From positions 7,500,835 through 7,564,834 of the forward strand of contig NC_069003.1 of the NCBI RefSeq assembly GCF_001194135.2: a stretch of DNA of 64,000 nucleotides, in the 5' to 3' direction. The translations under genes were made by a program, and so were the position numbers. This DNA is from Octopus bimaculoides. Lineage: Eukaryota. The notes beneath the pieces were generated by a model. The model did no database searches and was not told the DNA's origin. It saw only the letters and a list, made by a program, of their open reading frames with translations. Of this stretch, positions 37,200-49,725 are shown one piece after another; the stretch's first letter is position 1, and each line of letters starts with the position of its first letter.

Positions 37200-37500
37200 A
37201 TTGCCGAGTGGGAGGAGAGAAAACTGCCGTATCCATAAAAGCTGCTTACAGAACATTGCGTGAATGTTCCGAATCGGTCTACGCAAGAGTCCCAAGCTGC
37301 CTGCTCGAACGCCAGAGGTCGTCTGCCTGGCAAGAGGTGAGGCGTGTGAACCAGTCGGCCGCTCTATGGGGGTTAAATTTTAGAATATCCAAGTGAGCCA
37401 TATCACGCCACAGCTAATTGGTCGATCGATCACGTGAAACTGTGATGGTCCAATCGTGGTGCCTAACCTAGTATCTAGCGGTTAGGGTTCGAATCTCCGC
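37200..37500. promoter_or_regulatory. CpG-rich non-repeat segment, candidate promoter/first-exon region
   Basis: 20 CpG in 300 bp by hand count; E-box CACGTG at 37431; CCAAT at 37450; splice donors pointing both ways (minus GTGAGT at 37154 and 37086, plus AG|GTGAGG at 37337). Confidence 0.35.
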
Positions 37501-38849
37501 TACAGTACTATCAACATGGGGTCCAGTGAACAGGAAAAAAATATGAAAGAAAAGGTAGAGGTGAAGGTTCAATGCTGTGAGCCACGAGTTTGGTCCAATG
37601 AATCTATTATTCGTTTCATATAAAAAAAAGAAAAAAAAAACGTGGAATGGATTCATTTATCACTAATTTATCTATCACTGTCTTTTTTCTTATCTTTTTT
37701 TTTTTTGAGCCAACCAACCGTGATACGTATTTCAATNNNNNNNNNNNNNNNNNNNNNNNNNNNNNNNNNNNNNNNNNNNNNNNNNNNNNNNNNNNNNNNN
37801 NNNNNNNNNNNNNNNNNNNNNNNNNNNNNNNNNNNNNNNNNNNNNNNNNNNNNNNNNNNNNNNNNNNNNNNNNNNNNNNNNNNNNNNNNNNNNNNNNNNN
37901 NNNNNNNNNNNNNNNNNNNNNNNNNNNNNNNNNNNNNNNNNNNNNNNNNNNNNNNNNNNNNNNNNNNNNNNNNNNNNNNNNNNNNNNNNNNNNNNNNNNN
38001 NNNNNNNNNNNNNNNNNNNNNNNNNNNNNNNNNNNNNNNNNNNNNNNNNNNNNNNNNNNNNNNNNNNNNNNNNNNNNNNNNNNNNNNNNNNNNNNNNNNN
38101 NNNNNNNNNNNNNNNNNNNNNNNNNNNNNNNNNNNNNNNNNNNNNNNNNNNNNNNNNNNNNNNNNNNNNNNNNNNNNNNNNNNNNNNNNNNNNNNNNNNN
38201 NNNNNNNNNNNNNNNNNNNNNNNNNNNNNNNNNNNNNNNNNNNNNNNNNNNNNNNNNNNNNNNNNNNNNNNNNNNNNNNNNNNNNNNNNNNTATTGTTTT
38301 CAGTCGTGTTTGTTTGTCCTTGGAAAAGATATCTCAAGAACCACTGGATGGATTCGGATGAAACTTTCAAGGATGTTTGGCCTCATGACTGGCACGAACT
38401 GATTAGATTTTGGGATCGATCCGGTACCGGACAAGGATTCTGGATTATTTGTTATATTTACTTTACATGATGCATTACGATCTTAGGTTGATTGTCAAGT
38501 CTTTCTCTGATTATCTCCCTTGAAAGCACGCTCATGGTTTCCACGTAAGTTATGGTGGCGTTGCTATTTCCAAAGTTTTATTTTCGTTTCTCTATTATTA
38601 ATTTTACTCGCGTTTCTATCTTAGTAGAAACTGATGGATAAAGAAATCAAACTACATAAGCAAACGGCAGCAAAACCGTTCGGAAATTAAATAACACTGA
38701 CATATGCAGTAACAATAATAAATTTAATTTATCCTCGACAATTTTTAGTTTTACCAATTTTGAATATATCGCTCCTGTTTAAAATCTCTTACCTACTTGA
38801 CAATTGCATTTCTTGCTCAGCCTTGAATGAAGCTTTACTTCTTGGACTC

Positions 38850-39000
38850 ACGTTTTTGTGCGCAATGATGTTGTTAAACCTCCCTTAACAGCACCGTATA
38901 CAGGTCCTTTCCGCTTTCTTTCACGCGCAGATAAATTTTTCCCTATAGATCTTAATGGTCGTAAAGACACTATATCAGTGGATAGACTAAAAAAAGGCCT
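38850..39000 (+). mobile_element. Gypsy/Ty3 integrase C-terminal fragment
   Basis: RNDVVKPPLTAPYTGPF....DKFF.IDLNGRKDTISVDRLK matches the Gypsy PLxxPYxGP...VSxDRLK motif. Confidence 0.8.
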
Positions 39001-42000
39001 TCATAGAGAAAATTGTCCCTGTTCCCACTGCAGACGACACACACACACACAATATTACAAACATGGCACGGCTCGTACACCCAATTTCATATTCCACAAC
39101 CACCACTGAGATCGATCAGGTACCTGACAAGGATTCTGGATTATTCCCCCCCACCTTTTTTTACTTAATAATATATCTTGTGTCTACAAGCACTCGTCGG
39201 GCTCTGGGCACATGGTTTGTTCTATTTGAAAAACAAGACGCCTAACAACGTGTTTCTATAACAAGCAACTATTAGTATTTCTTATTTTAATACACTGTAC
39301 ATTAAATGATGTTTATTGCTCTCTGAATGGAATATTATTATTATTAATTAATATTATTAGTATTATTATTATTAGCTTTACCTTAATGGAACAGTAAACT
39401 ATATGTGTATATACCTATGGTGTATTATTTAATACACCGTATTATTTAATATACATTTATTCGTTTGTGTCGTTCAAATACATGCCCCAAGCCACTATGA
39501 TTTTTTTTTTCCGGATGGGAAAGCCTTTCATTTACAGATGGATACCTGAGCAATTTAACTAAACACGTCTTTATGTCTTTAGTGGGAAGCAGACGACAAT
39601 GTCGGAGCGTTTTGCAGACGATAACATTGTTGCTCGTTGTTTTGGGCTCGTGTGAGCCTAAGAATGTAAAAAGACTACTAAGGACGTTGAATTAACTAAA
39701 TATTGTTTTCGTGTTATTCACAGGCCCTGTAATTTTGAAAGGAGCAGGTCTGTCGATGCTATCAACCCCAGTACGTGACTGGTACTTAATTCTATCGAGT
39801 TTGAAACGATGAAATGCTAAGTTAATTTCGGCGGCATTTGAACTCAGAATGTAAAGAATCGAAACAAATGAAGCAAAGCATTTATTCCGACGTTCTGTCG
39901 ATCCTGCCTGCTCCATTCGCAGAGGATAAATTATTCGGAGTAACTAAGTATTACAAGTAGAAAGAGGGGGTGGGGAGATAGACAGACAGATAAATAGATA
40001 GATAGATAGATAAAGAGGGGGAGAGAAGTATAGAATAACATGGAGAGCGGGATAGATAGATAGATAGAGAGAGAGATACAGAATGACATGGATAGATGGA
40101 TGGACAGACAATTAGACAAACAGATAGATAGATAGATATAGACAGAGAATGACAGATCAACATTTTAATTGTCACTATGTGTGTATGCTTGCTGCAGAGA
40201 GAGGGGGGAGGGATAGATAGCTAGAAAGAGAGAGAGAGAGAAAGAAAGAAAGAAAGAGAGTGGGACAGAGATAGAGAGACAGAGAATGATAGAACAGCAG
40301 TTGACTTGCTACTACCACTCACTTGATTTGTATGTGAGTGTGTGTGTTAGCAATAGAAAAGAGAGAGAAAGGCGGAGAAAGAAAGAGAAAGAGAAAAGAA
40401 GAAGAAAAGAAATATCCTGTGACCGCAACTCTCGTCCTTTCTCACTATCCTCCCCTTCCGCCACTTGCGCTACGCGAAAGGGAATTCAACTTGAAAATTA
40501 TTATATTAGGTGACAGGAAGCGTTAATTTAATATTGATAGATATACGTAATTATTTTATTAAATAATGAGAGGAAACATTAATCATAGTCAGATACTCAC
40601 TGTTATTTAATTAACTAATGTCAGGAAGCATCAAGTATTTATAAGCAAACCAATGTCTTTTTGTTTTCATTAATATAGAATTTATATAGTAAAGTGAGCA
40701 GTGATTCATAATTTATATCTCTGTTATAAAAATGATATCAATGAAATACGTTTTTCCCAACTATTTTATATTTTCTTCGTTGCTGAAATGGTTCGTTAAA
40801 CTGATTTAATGTTTCCGAGAACAATTGAAAAGAGTTGAGCTGAAAGAACCGATAGCACACCCGACAAAATGCTTAGCGGCATTTCGTTCGTACTTACGTT
40901 CTTAGTTTCAAATTCCGCCAAATTCGATATTGCCTTTCATCCTTTCACGGTCGATAAAATAAGTACCAATCAAATACTGGACTCGATTTAATCGAGTAGC
41001 GCTCTCCTAGCATAATTCCAGGCCTTGTGCCTATAGCAGAAAGAATTATTATTATATCGCGAGATCGTGGTTTCGATTTTTAGACTGGGTGGTGCGTTTT
41101 GTTCTCGAGCAAAAACACTTCATGCCAACAGAACCAGCAGACGACACGAGGGAGTGAGGGCCTCGACGTAATTCGTCGACATGCTAGAAATAGCAACCAA
41201 ATCTTCGTGTAGTTAGTTGGACGCAAGGGAAGATTTAGTACACATACACTCGTTTATCACCGATAACATGATGTACTCAATTGCGAACCATGTAACGCTT
41301 TTTAGGAATTGATTTATGACAATTCGTCGATTCTGCTTGTACGTATTTTTTTGCAAAGGTGTATGTAACTTGTACCCATCAACATGGGAGCAGTGGTTCT
41401 CAACCATTTTTTACCGATGGATTCCTTTGATTCCTGTTTTATTCTACTGGCCCTTCATAGCTATTCGATATTTGAAAAAATCCTATTATATTTTAATAAT
41501 TAAACATTATTCGGAATTGTATTAAAAAATTGTCAAAATAGTTTGCGTTTTGTAGAAGTATAATTAATTTATTGCTCATAAATTTTAACAACGAAATCTT
41601 ATTTGGACTCGCAAATGGACTCTGGTTCAGAACCAATATTGTACAGAAAAGTGTATTTTCTGGAGGGGTTCGAGAAAATACGCGACGGTACGGTGGAAGC
41701 TTTGCCGCTGTCGCAATTTTGCTGTCCACGAATCTACCTTTCATTTTTACAAAGGGCATAGAGATGATTCATTTATCACTGCTTTTTTGACGCCAAACTC
41801 CTGCAATAAACGAGGATAAATGTATAAGGTGAAAAAAAAAACCAAAAAAAAAAACCCAGTGGTGAAATGTTTGAGTGTAAACAATTGAGACGATTGATAT
41901 CAACAACAGACAAATGAATTACTGGAACCGTCACTAACTCTGTTGTATTCCATGGAGATTCTGTCTTTGGATATACTTGTATCAAATTCTTGGTTAACTG

Positions 42001-42528
42001 TTGTTGTTTAGGTATGATCGACCAGGGCTTTGTACGAGCAGAGACGTGTGTGTGTGTGTGTGTACTTCTGCATATTTGCTCGTGTATTTTAATGCCTGTA
42101 TATTTCTGAGTGTATGTACGCCTATGTGTGTACGTATATTTGTATATGTATGTGCATGCGTGTGTATGCATGCATATGTACCTACGTACGTACGTACGTA
42201 TGTGTGTATCTCTGTGTGTGTGTGTACTTCTGTATATATGCGAGTGTATTTATGTCTGTATATTTCTGAAGGTATGTACGCGTATGTGTGTATGTATACC
42301 TGCATATATATATATATATATGTGCATGCGTGTGTATGCATGCATATACGTATACGTATGTGTTTGTTTCTGTGCGTGCGTGCGCGTGTACCCTAACACA
42401 GCACACAGCGAACTGTAGCCAATACAATAGTCTTCCCAACGGGTCAGCAGCGAGATCAAAGAAATTTGTTTGATCTCGCCCCCCGTGCACTTTTTAATCT
42501 TTCCTGTCTCATGATTTCCTATTCTTTC

Positions 42529-42566
<38 letters not shown>

Positions 42567-42727
42567 CCTTCTGTCCCCTTACTTTCTCTAACTACCAATA
42601 ATTATCTGTCTTTCTGTCCTCTCTCTTTCACTCTATCTTTCGTTCTATCTTTACACACATCAACAGTTAGTCTTTCAATCAATTCTGAATGTACTCGCAC
42701 ATACCATCACCAGTATATGCAATAGAC

Positions 42728-42930
42728 ATGGCGGCGAGGTGGCAGAATCGTTAAACACGCCTGGCATTTCGTCCGACTTTACGTTCTGAGTTCAAATTCC
42801 GCAAAGGCCCACTTTGCCCTTCATCCTTTCTAGGTTGATAAAATAAATACCAGTTGTGTTCTGGGATCGATGTAATCGACTTACTACCATCCCCATCCGA
42901 AATCGCTAGCCTTGTGCCAAAATTTGAACT
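42728..42930 (+). mobile_element. tRNA-headed SINE family D (GGCGGCGAGGTGGCAGAATCG...GAGTTCAAATTCCG...), representative copy
   Basis: Often in tandem: 23295-23690, 36140-36530, 42728-43145, 62140-62530; also 7500-7680, 33280-33350, 35925-36130, 39710-39910, 40850-41050. Confidence 0.8.
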
Positions 42931-43989
42931 CAATATATTGAATAGACAAGGTAGCAAGCTGGCAATGCTGGGCAAATAGTCAACAGCATTTCGTCTGTCT
43001 TTACGTTCTGAGATCAAATTCCACCAAGGTCAACTTTGCCCTTCATCCTTTTGGGGACGATGAAATAAGTACCACTTGATCATTGGGGTCGATGTAATTG
43101 ATTTGTACCCTCCTCTGAAATTGCTGGCCTTGTGCCAAAATTTGAATATAATTATGTAGGTTCAGAATTGGCTGTGTGGCTATGATGCTTGCTTAGTTAC
43201 CATGTGGTTTTGAGTTCTATCCCATTGTGCAAGTGTCTTCTGTTCTATCCCATTTGGGCAAGTGTCTTCTGTTATAGACTGGCCCAATACATCATGAGTG
43301 AAATTGGGAGATGGAAACTGTATCGAAGCTCATTGTGAGTGTGTGTATGTGAATAAGTATGTATATATACTGTAAAAATTTGTAAAACCTTGCAGGGATT
43401 CTCTATTTGGGATGAACATATGCCAAACAAAACACATATACTAAAGTCTTGTGAGTGGATTTGGTGGACGGAAACTGAAGGAAGCCCGTCGTATATATGA
43501 ATATATATATATATATGTATGAATAATAACAATAAATGGAGCAAAACGCATATAAATAAAAGTTCCTTTAATTCCTACATATGTTTCAAAATATATGTGT
43601 GCACTCCTCCAAAGAAGTAAGAACTGCTGGAATTCCACATATATTCATCGTCAGGGAACCAACATATAAAAGCATGACAAATGCGAAATGATGAGGTAAC
43701 TTACGAGCCATAATATTACATGGCCAAATAAGTGACCGTTAGAAGTAAGAACGCTTGTTTACATAAAGTTAGAAAGGAAGGGGGCTGTAAACGTAATGCT
43801 AAAGGTTTAAATTAAGTAATTAAAACGGGGGAGGAGGGCAAAATAGATCACAGTAAAGTAAACTAGAAGTCGTAAGCTAATTGCTAAGTCAAAAGTGGAG
43901 GAAGGGAGAGAACCAAGAGAGTTCTTCAAATATAAAAAACATTTTCTCCTTAAGGAAAAAACTAATATGTATGTATGTATATGTTTGTA

Positions 43990-44145
43990 TGTCTGTTTGT
44001 CCCTCCCCACCACTTAGCAGTTCAGCAAAAGGAAACAATAAAATAAGTACTAGGCTTACAAAGAATAAGTCCTGGGGTCGATTTACTCGACTAAAGGCGG
44101 TGCTCCAGCATGGTCACAGTCAAATGACTGAAACAGATAAAAGAA
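43990..44145 (+). mobile_element. SINE family B (...ATAAGTCCTGGGGTCGAT...CAGCATGGCCGCAGTCAAATGACTGAAACA), representative copy
   Basis: About 20 diverged copies, e.g. 1740-1950, 16715-16910, 18725-18930, 22225-22440, 24495-24715, 25750-25970, 30950-31170, 35315-35520, 36630-36830, 48471-48680, 49075-49280, 51185-51375, 60700-61100. Confidence 0.8.
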
Positions 44146-45601
44146 TAAAAGAATACATCGCCATCATCATCATCATCATCATTATTTAATATCCATTGTC
44201 CATGCTGGCATGGGTTGGACGGTTTCATCAGGGCTAGTAACAACGACCAAGAAGCAAGCTAGTGCTACACTTAACTATTAAATTTCCCCACAGCAAGCAA
44301 CCCTGAATTTTTTCTCTTTCGTTTTTCTTTTTTTTTTATATTTTTTTCATTTTGTCTTTTGGGTCTTTTTTTGCCTTGGTTGGTCATTCTAATAATCATT
44401 AACACAGCTATGTCCTGAAACAGTGCAAACTGCTTAGCAGTGCACTCGGACATGTCTTTGTCGCTTAAGGATGTCGTCTTAGTAAACATGGAAGCCTTCA
44501 GCTTGGTATAATCTGATTAACCGTTTTTGCAAGCATACCTGATCAAGAGAGAGAGAGAGAGAGAGGAGGAGGGGAGAGAACTGGTCTAAGGGATACACTC
44601 TTTCTATTCCTCCCTCTCTCTCTCTCTTCCCCCTCTCTCTCATTCTCTCTCTGTCTCTGGTTCTCTTGTTTATCCAATCTCCTTCATCCTCTCTGTTAAT
44701 ATCCCAACTTTGAACATCACACAAAACACCTACGGTCATGGTCACTATTTCAGTTAATCGCCTATGTCAATATAAGCACATATCCATAGAAATATATTTG
44801 TGTGTGTATGTGTGCGTGTGTGTGTGTGTGTGAAAATGTACAAACATAACACATTTATATATAAATAGGCAGTTATATAGACACACACATATACTTACAT
44901 ATACACATACATGCACACACACACATATATATATACATATATGTATATGTATACACATGCTTATATGCTTAAGTATGTATGCATATATATNNNNNNNNNN
45001 NNNNNNNNNNNNNNNNNNNNNNNNNNNNNNNNNNNNNNNNNNNNNNNNNNNNNNNNNNNNNNNNNNNNNNNNNNNNNNNNNNNNNNNNNNNNNNNNNNNN
45101 NNNNNNNNNNNNNNNNNNNNNNNNNNNNNNNNNNNNNNNNNNNNNNNNNNNNNNNNNNNNNNNNNNNNNNNNNNNNNNNNNNNNNNNNNNNNNNNNNNNN
45201 NNNNNNNNCTGTGTGGACACACACATGTATACACATATATTTGTATACAAATATGTATATATGCATACATATATATACATACATACATACATACATGCAT
45301 ACGTACATTCATACATATATATATACACATACATATGTACATATATACATACATACATATATACACATACATGCATGCATACGTACATACATACATATAT
45401 ATATACACATACATATGTACATATATACATACATACATATATACACATACATGCATGCATACGTACGTACATACATACATACATACATACATACACACAC
45501 ACATACATACAAACATATATGTATGCATATGAACGTGATTAGAATCAGTCAAAAGCAATCCTACATCCAAAGAACATTCCTTGTTCAATAACTGACTTGT
45601 G

Positions 45602-45734
45602 ATGGCAGCCAGTATTCCATCAAATCTCAGCCAGAATTTCAACAAAGATGGTTATGTCACAGGAATTCCTGTGCTGACTCAAACAGAAGTAAAAGAATTA
45701 GTACACAATTTCAATGCACTAGAAAAAGAAATTG
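45602..45734 (+). CDS. PhyH-like dioxygenase exon 1 (MAASIPSNLSQNFNKDGY...EKEI)
   Basis: ATG at 45602, 44 codons plus 1 nt, donor G|GTAAGT phase 1. Confidence 0.85.
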
Positions 45735-45818
45735 GTAAGTAATTTGGTTCCAGATCCTCTTATTTTATTTAATTATTTATTTTTTTGCTTCAACTGAGCC
45801 ATGATATTTCTCTGTATT

Positions 45819-45856
<38 letters not shown>

Positions 45857-46399
45857 NNNNNNNNNNNNNNNNNNNNNNNNNNNNNNNNNNNNNNNNNNNN
45901 NNNNNNNNNNNNNNNNNNNNNNNNNNNNNNNNNNNNNNNNNNNNNNNNNNNNNNNNNNNNNNNNNNNNNNNNNNNNNNNNNNNNNNNNNNNNNNNNNNNN
46001 NNNNNNNNNNNNNNNNNNNNNNNNNNNNNNNNNNNNNNCTTCATCAGGTGTCTTAGGTAAATTTCGAACCTGGGTTCTTATTCCTAAGGTATTTTTCAAG
46101 GTTGTTGTTATTATTATTATTATTATTAGTCAAAATGAAGAGCGCGATTTTAGATGTTTTATTTTTTGAACAACATTTCGACAGAACGTCTGTCTTTCTC
46201 AAGTTCAAACCAAAAGGTGATTGAAAATTCAAAATTTCAGAAACCAAACGTAAACTATGAACGTGAGTAATCAGCGTCCATACGTTGTTCAATCACCTTT
46301 TGGTTTGAAATGTTGTTCAAAAAATAAAACATCTAAAATCGCGCTCTTTGTTTTGACTATTTACCTTCGTGAAGAGTTACGTCAATCCTTTTTTAAAAA

Positions 46400-46431
<32 letters not shown>

Positions 46432-47735
46432 TCACTGTCTGGAATGAAAGAATAGGTGCAAAGAATTAACGTTTGATATGCAATGTAAAGCAAATTGCGT
46501 ATTCTAATTGTTTCGATATCTTTTATATTCTTCAGGTAAAGAAAACTCGCAATATTCTTTACATAATGTTCACACCAAACTTCCCTGGGTGATGAAAATG
46601 GCAGCTCACCCCAATATCTTACACCCACTGCGCGCCATACTTGGTGACAATATCTTTGTGCTGGATTCCCGCTTCATCTGCAAATACCCTGACAAAGAAA
46701 ATTCACGGATGGATGGTGCCAAGCAATATGTTGCTTGGCATCAAGATGTAAGGTAAGAGATTCCACTGGGTAGAAATACAGTGGAACTTCAGCTTGCAAA
46801 TTTAATTTGTTCCTGAAGCCTGTTCATCAACCGATATGTTTGTAAATCGAACCTATTTTCCCCATAGGAACTTCAAGAGAAAGCATGGTGGATTCAAGCA
46901 CAGATGTGCACCAGAGCAAAAGCTGGACAGCAACTGAGGCTCTCCTGCTTTTTGTTGGCAATCATTGTTGGTAGCATGTATGTTCATTATTCAAGACACC
47001 ATTGATCCCCTGAGGCATTTTATGTTCAAAAAATTGTTCATAAACTAATTTGTTCATGAAGAGAGGCATTCATAAACCAAAGTTACACTGTGTGTATGTA
47101 TATATATATACACACACACATATATATATAGAGCCATTCTAACAAATATATATATACACACACACATATATATATAGAGCCATTCCAACAAATATATATA
47201 TATACACATACATATATATGTAGAGAGAGCCATTCTAACAATGCGTCCTGCCCTAACTCTTCGAAACGCTTAGTTTTAGAATGGTGGCAGCTGATGAAGG
47301 AAGTCTTCTCTATGTGGCCTGTGTGTCTTCTGTGCTCTGTTTATGTTCTGTTTCTCATTTTGCCCACATTTTCTTGTGACGTCCTGTACCCAGATATGCA
47401 TCTATATATACATGTAGATGTAGGTATGTACATACATGTACATATATATGCATATACTCACATATTATTTGTAATATATATATATGTATATAAATTAAGA
47501 AAAGGAGTCAAATGCAGGTGGTATTCAAATTTCTATACTTCCAACATATGTAATATCATTGGCACTTATGTGAATTTTTGCTACCCTGGTAACTATTTAT
47601 TTATTTTTTCCGTGTTATTTATACACATTGAAAACAATACACATACATTTATACATATATACATACATACACATATATAATGTGTGTGTGTGTATGTATA
47701 ATTGATGAAGGAAACAGAAGATGGATTTGACATTA

Positions 47736-47783
<48 letters not shown>

Positions 47784-49690
47784 NNNNNNNNNNNNNNNNN
47801 NNNNNNNNNNNNNNNNNNNNNNNNNNNNNNNNNNNNNNNNNNNNNNNNNNNNNNNNNNNNNNNNNNNNNNNNNNNNNNNNNNNNNNNNNNNNNNNNNNNN
47901 NNNNNNNNNNNNNNNNNNNNNNNNNNNNNNNNNNNNNNNNNNNNNNNNNNNNNNNNNNNNNNNNNNNNNNNNNNNNNNNNNNNNNNNNNNNNNNNNNNNN
48001 NNNNNNNNNNNNNNNNNNNNNNNNNNNNNNNNNNNNNNNNNNNNNNNNNNNNNNNNNNNNNNNNNNNNNNNNNNNNNNNNNNNNNNNNNNNNNNNNNNNN
48101 NNNNNNNNNNNNNNNNNNNNNNNNNNNNNNNNNNNNNNNNNNNNNNNNNNNNNNNNNNNNNNNNNNNNNNNNNNNNNNNNNNNNNNNNNNNNNNNNNNNN
48201 NNNNNNNNNNNNNNNNNNNNNNNNNNNNNNNNNNNNNNNNNNNNNNNNNNNNNNNNNNNNNNNNNNNNNNNNNNNNNNNNNNNNNNNNNNNNNNNNNNNN
48301 NNNNNNNNNNNNNNNNNNNNNNNNNNNNNNNNNNNNNNNNNNNNNNNNNNNNNNNNNNNNNNNNNNNNNNNNNNNNNNNNNNNNNNNNNNNNNNNNNNNN
48401 NNNNNNNNNNNNNNNNNNNNNNNNNNNNNNNNNNNNNNNNNNNNNNNNNNNNNNNNNNNNNNNNNNNNNNGTTTCAGTCATTTGACTGCAGCCATGCTGG
48501 AGCACTGCCTTTAGTCGAACAAATCGACCCCAGGGCTTATTCGTTGTAAGCCTAGTACTTATTCTATTGGTCTCTTTTTGCCGAACCGCTAAGTTATGGG
48601 GACATAAACACACCAACATCGGTTGTCAAGTGATGTTGGGGGGACAAACACAGACACGCAAACATATACACACACATACATATATATGTGTAAAGCACCC
48701 ACTACACTCTCGGAGTGGTTGGCGTTTGGAAGGGCATCCAGCTGTAGAAACTCTGCCAAATCAGTTTGGAGCCTGGTGCAGCCATCTGGTTCACCAGTCC
48801 TCAGTCAAATCGTCCAACCCATGCTAGCATGGAAAGCGGATGTTAAACGACGACGATACTGACCCCCTCTACACACGTACCATACTTGCTACAATTTGGT
48901 ACTTATTTTATTGGATTGCTAAATCATGTTTTCATCGTAGAACAAGGATTCTCAACCGGGGTCCATATAAAATTTTGTTCCTAAAATTTATCTCCAATAA
49001 AATGATTATACTCCTACAATACACAAAGTATATCAATATACATATATGTATATATATTTATATGTGTGTGTGTGTCTTTGTGTCTGTGTTTGTCCCCTCA
49101 CCATTGCTTGACAGCTGATAGTAGTGTGTTTATGTCCCCATAACTTAGCAGTTTGGCAAAAGAGAACCGATGGAATGAGTACTAAGCTTACAAAGAATAA
49201 ATCCTGGGGTTGATTTCTGTGGTTAAAACCTTTTAAGGCGGTGCTCCAGCATGGCCACAGTCAAATGGCTGAAACAAGTTGATGAGGAATATAGTTAATC
49301 TTAGAATACAGCATTACCAACCACCTCTGAAGGGCATGTGGTGTTAGTTAACTGGTCTGTTATCCAATACCCAATGTGGAGTTGGTTGGTAAGATTACCT
49401 GAGATGGATCTATAATACGTTAAATATATTCGTGTGTGTGTGTGTGCGTGTGTAGCTTTGGTACAGTTTCCATTTATAAAATTTCACCCACAAAATACCA
49501 GTCGACTCTGTGAGTGGAGCAGAAGACAATTTGTTCGAGTGAATGATTGATAATGCATGAATGCACTCAACAACATCACTGAACTGGATCTAGTCGGATT
49601 TAGTTATGTAAGTGTTTCATAGTCAGTACAATGGCTTAGAAAACTGCTGCGTTCACTTTCAGCCATTTTATTACTAAATGTTATTATTCG

Positions 49691-49725
<35 letters not shown>

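Noticed and set aside
44380-44538. Minus-strand acceptor after (CT)n followed by unique sequence and the 72-aa ORF 44271-44489
   Set aside because: All three frames from the acceptor hit stops and there is no convincing donor; at most a non-coding exon.
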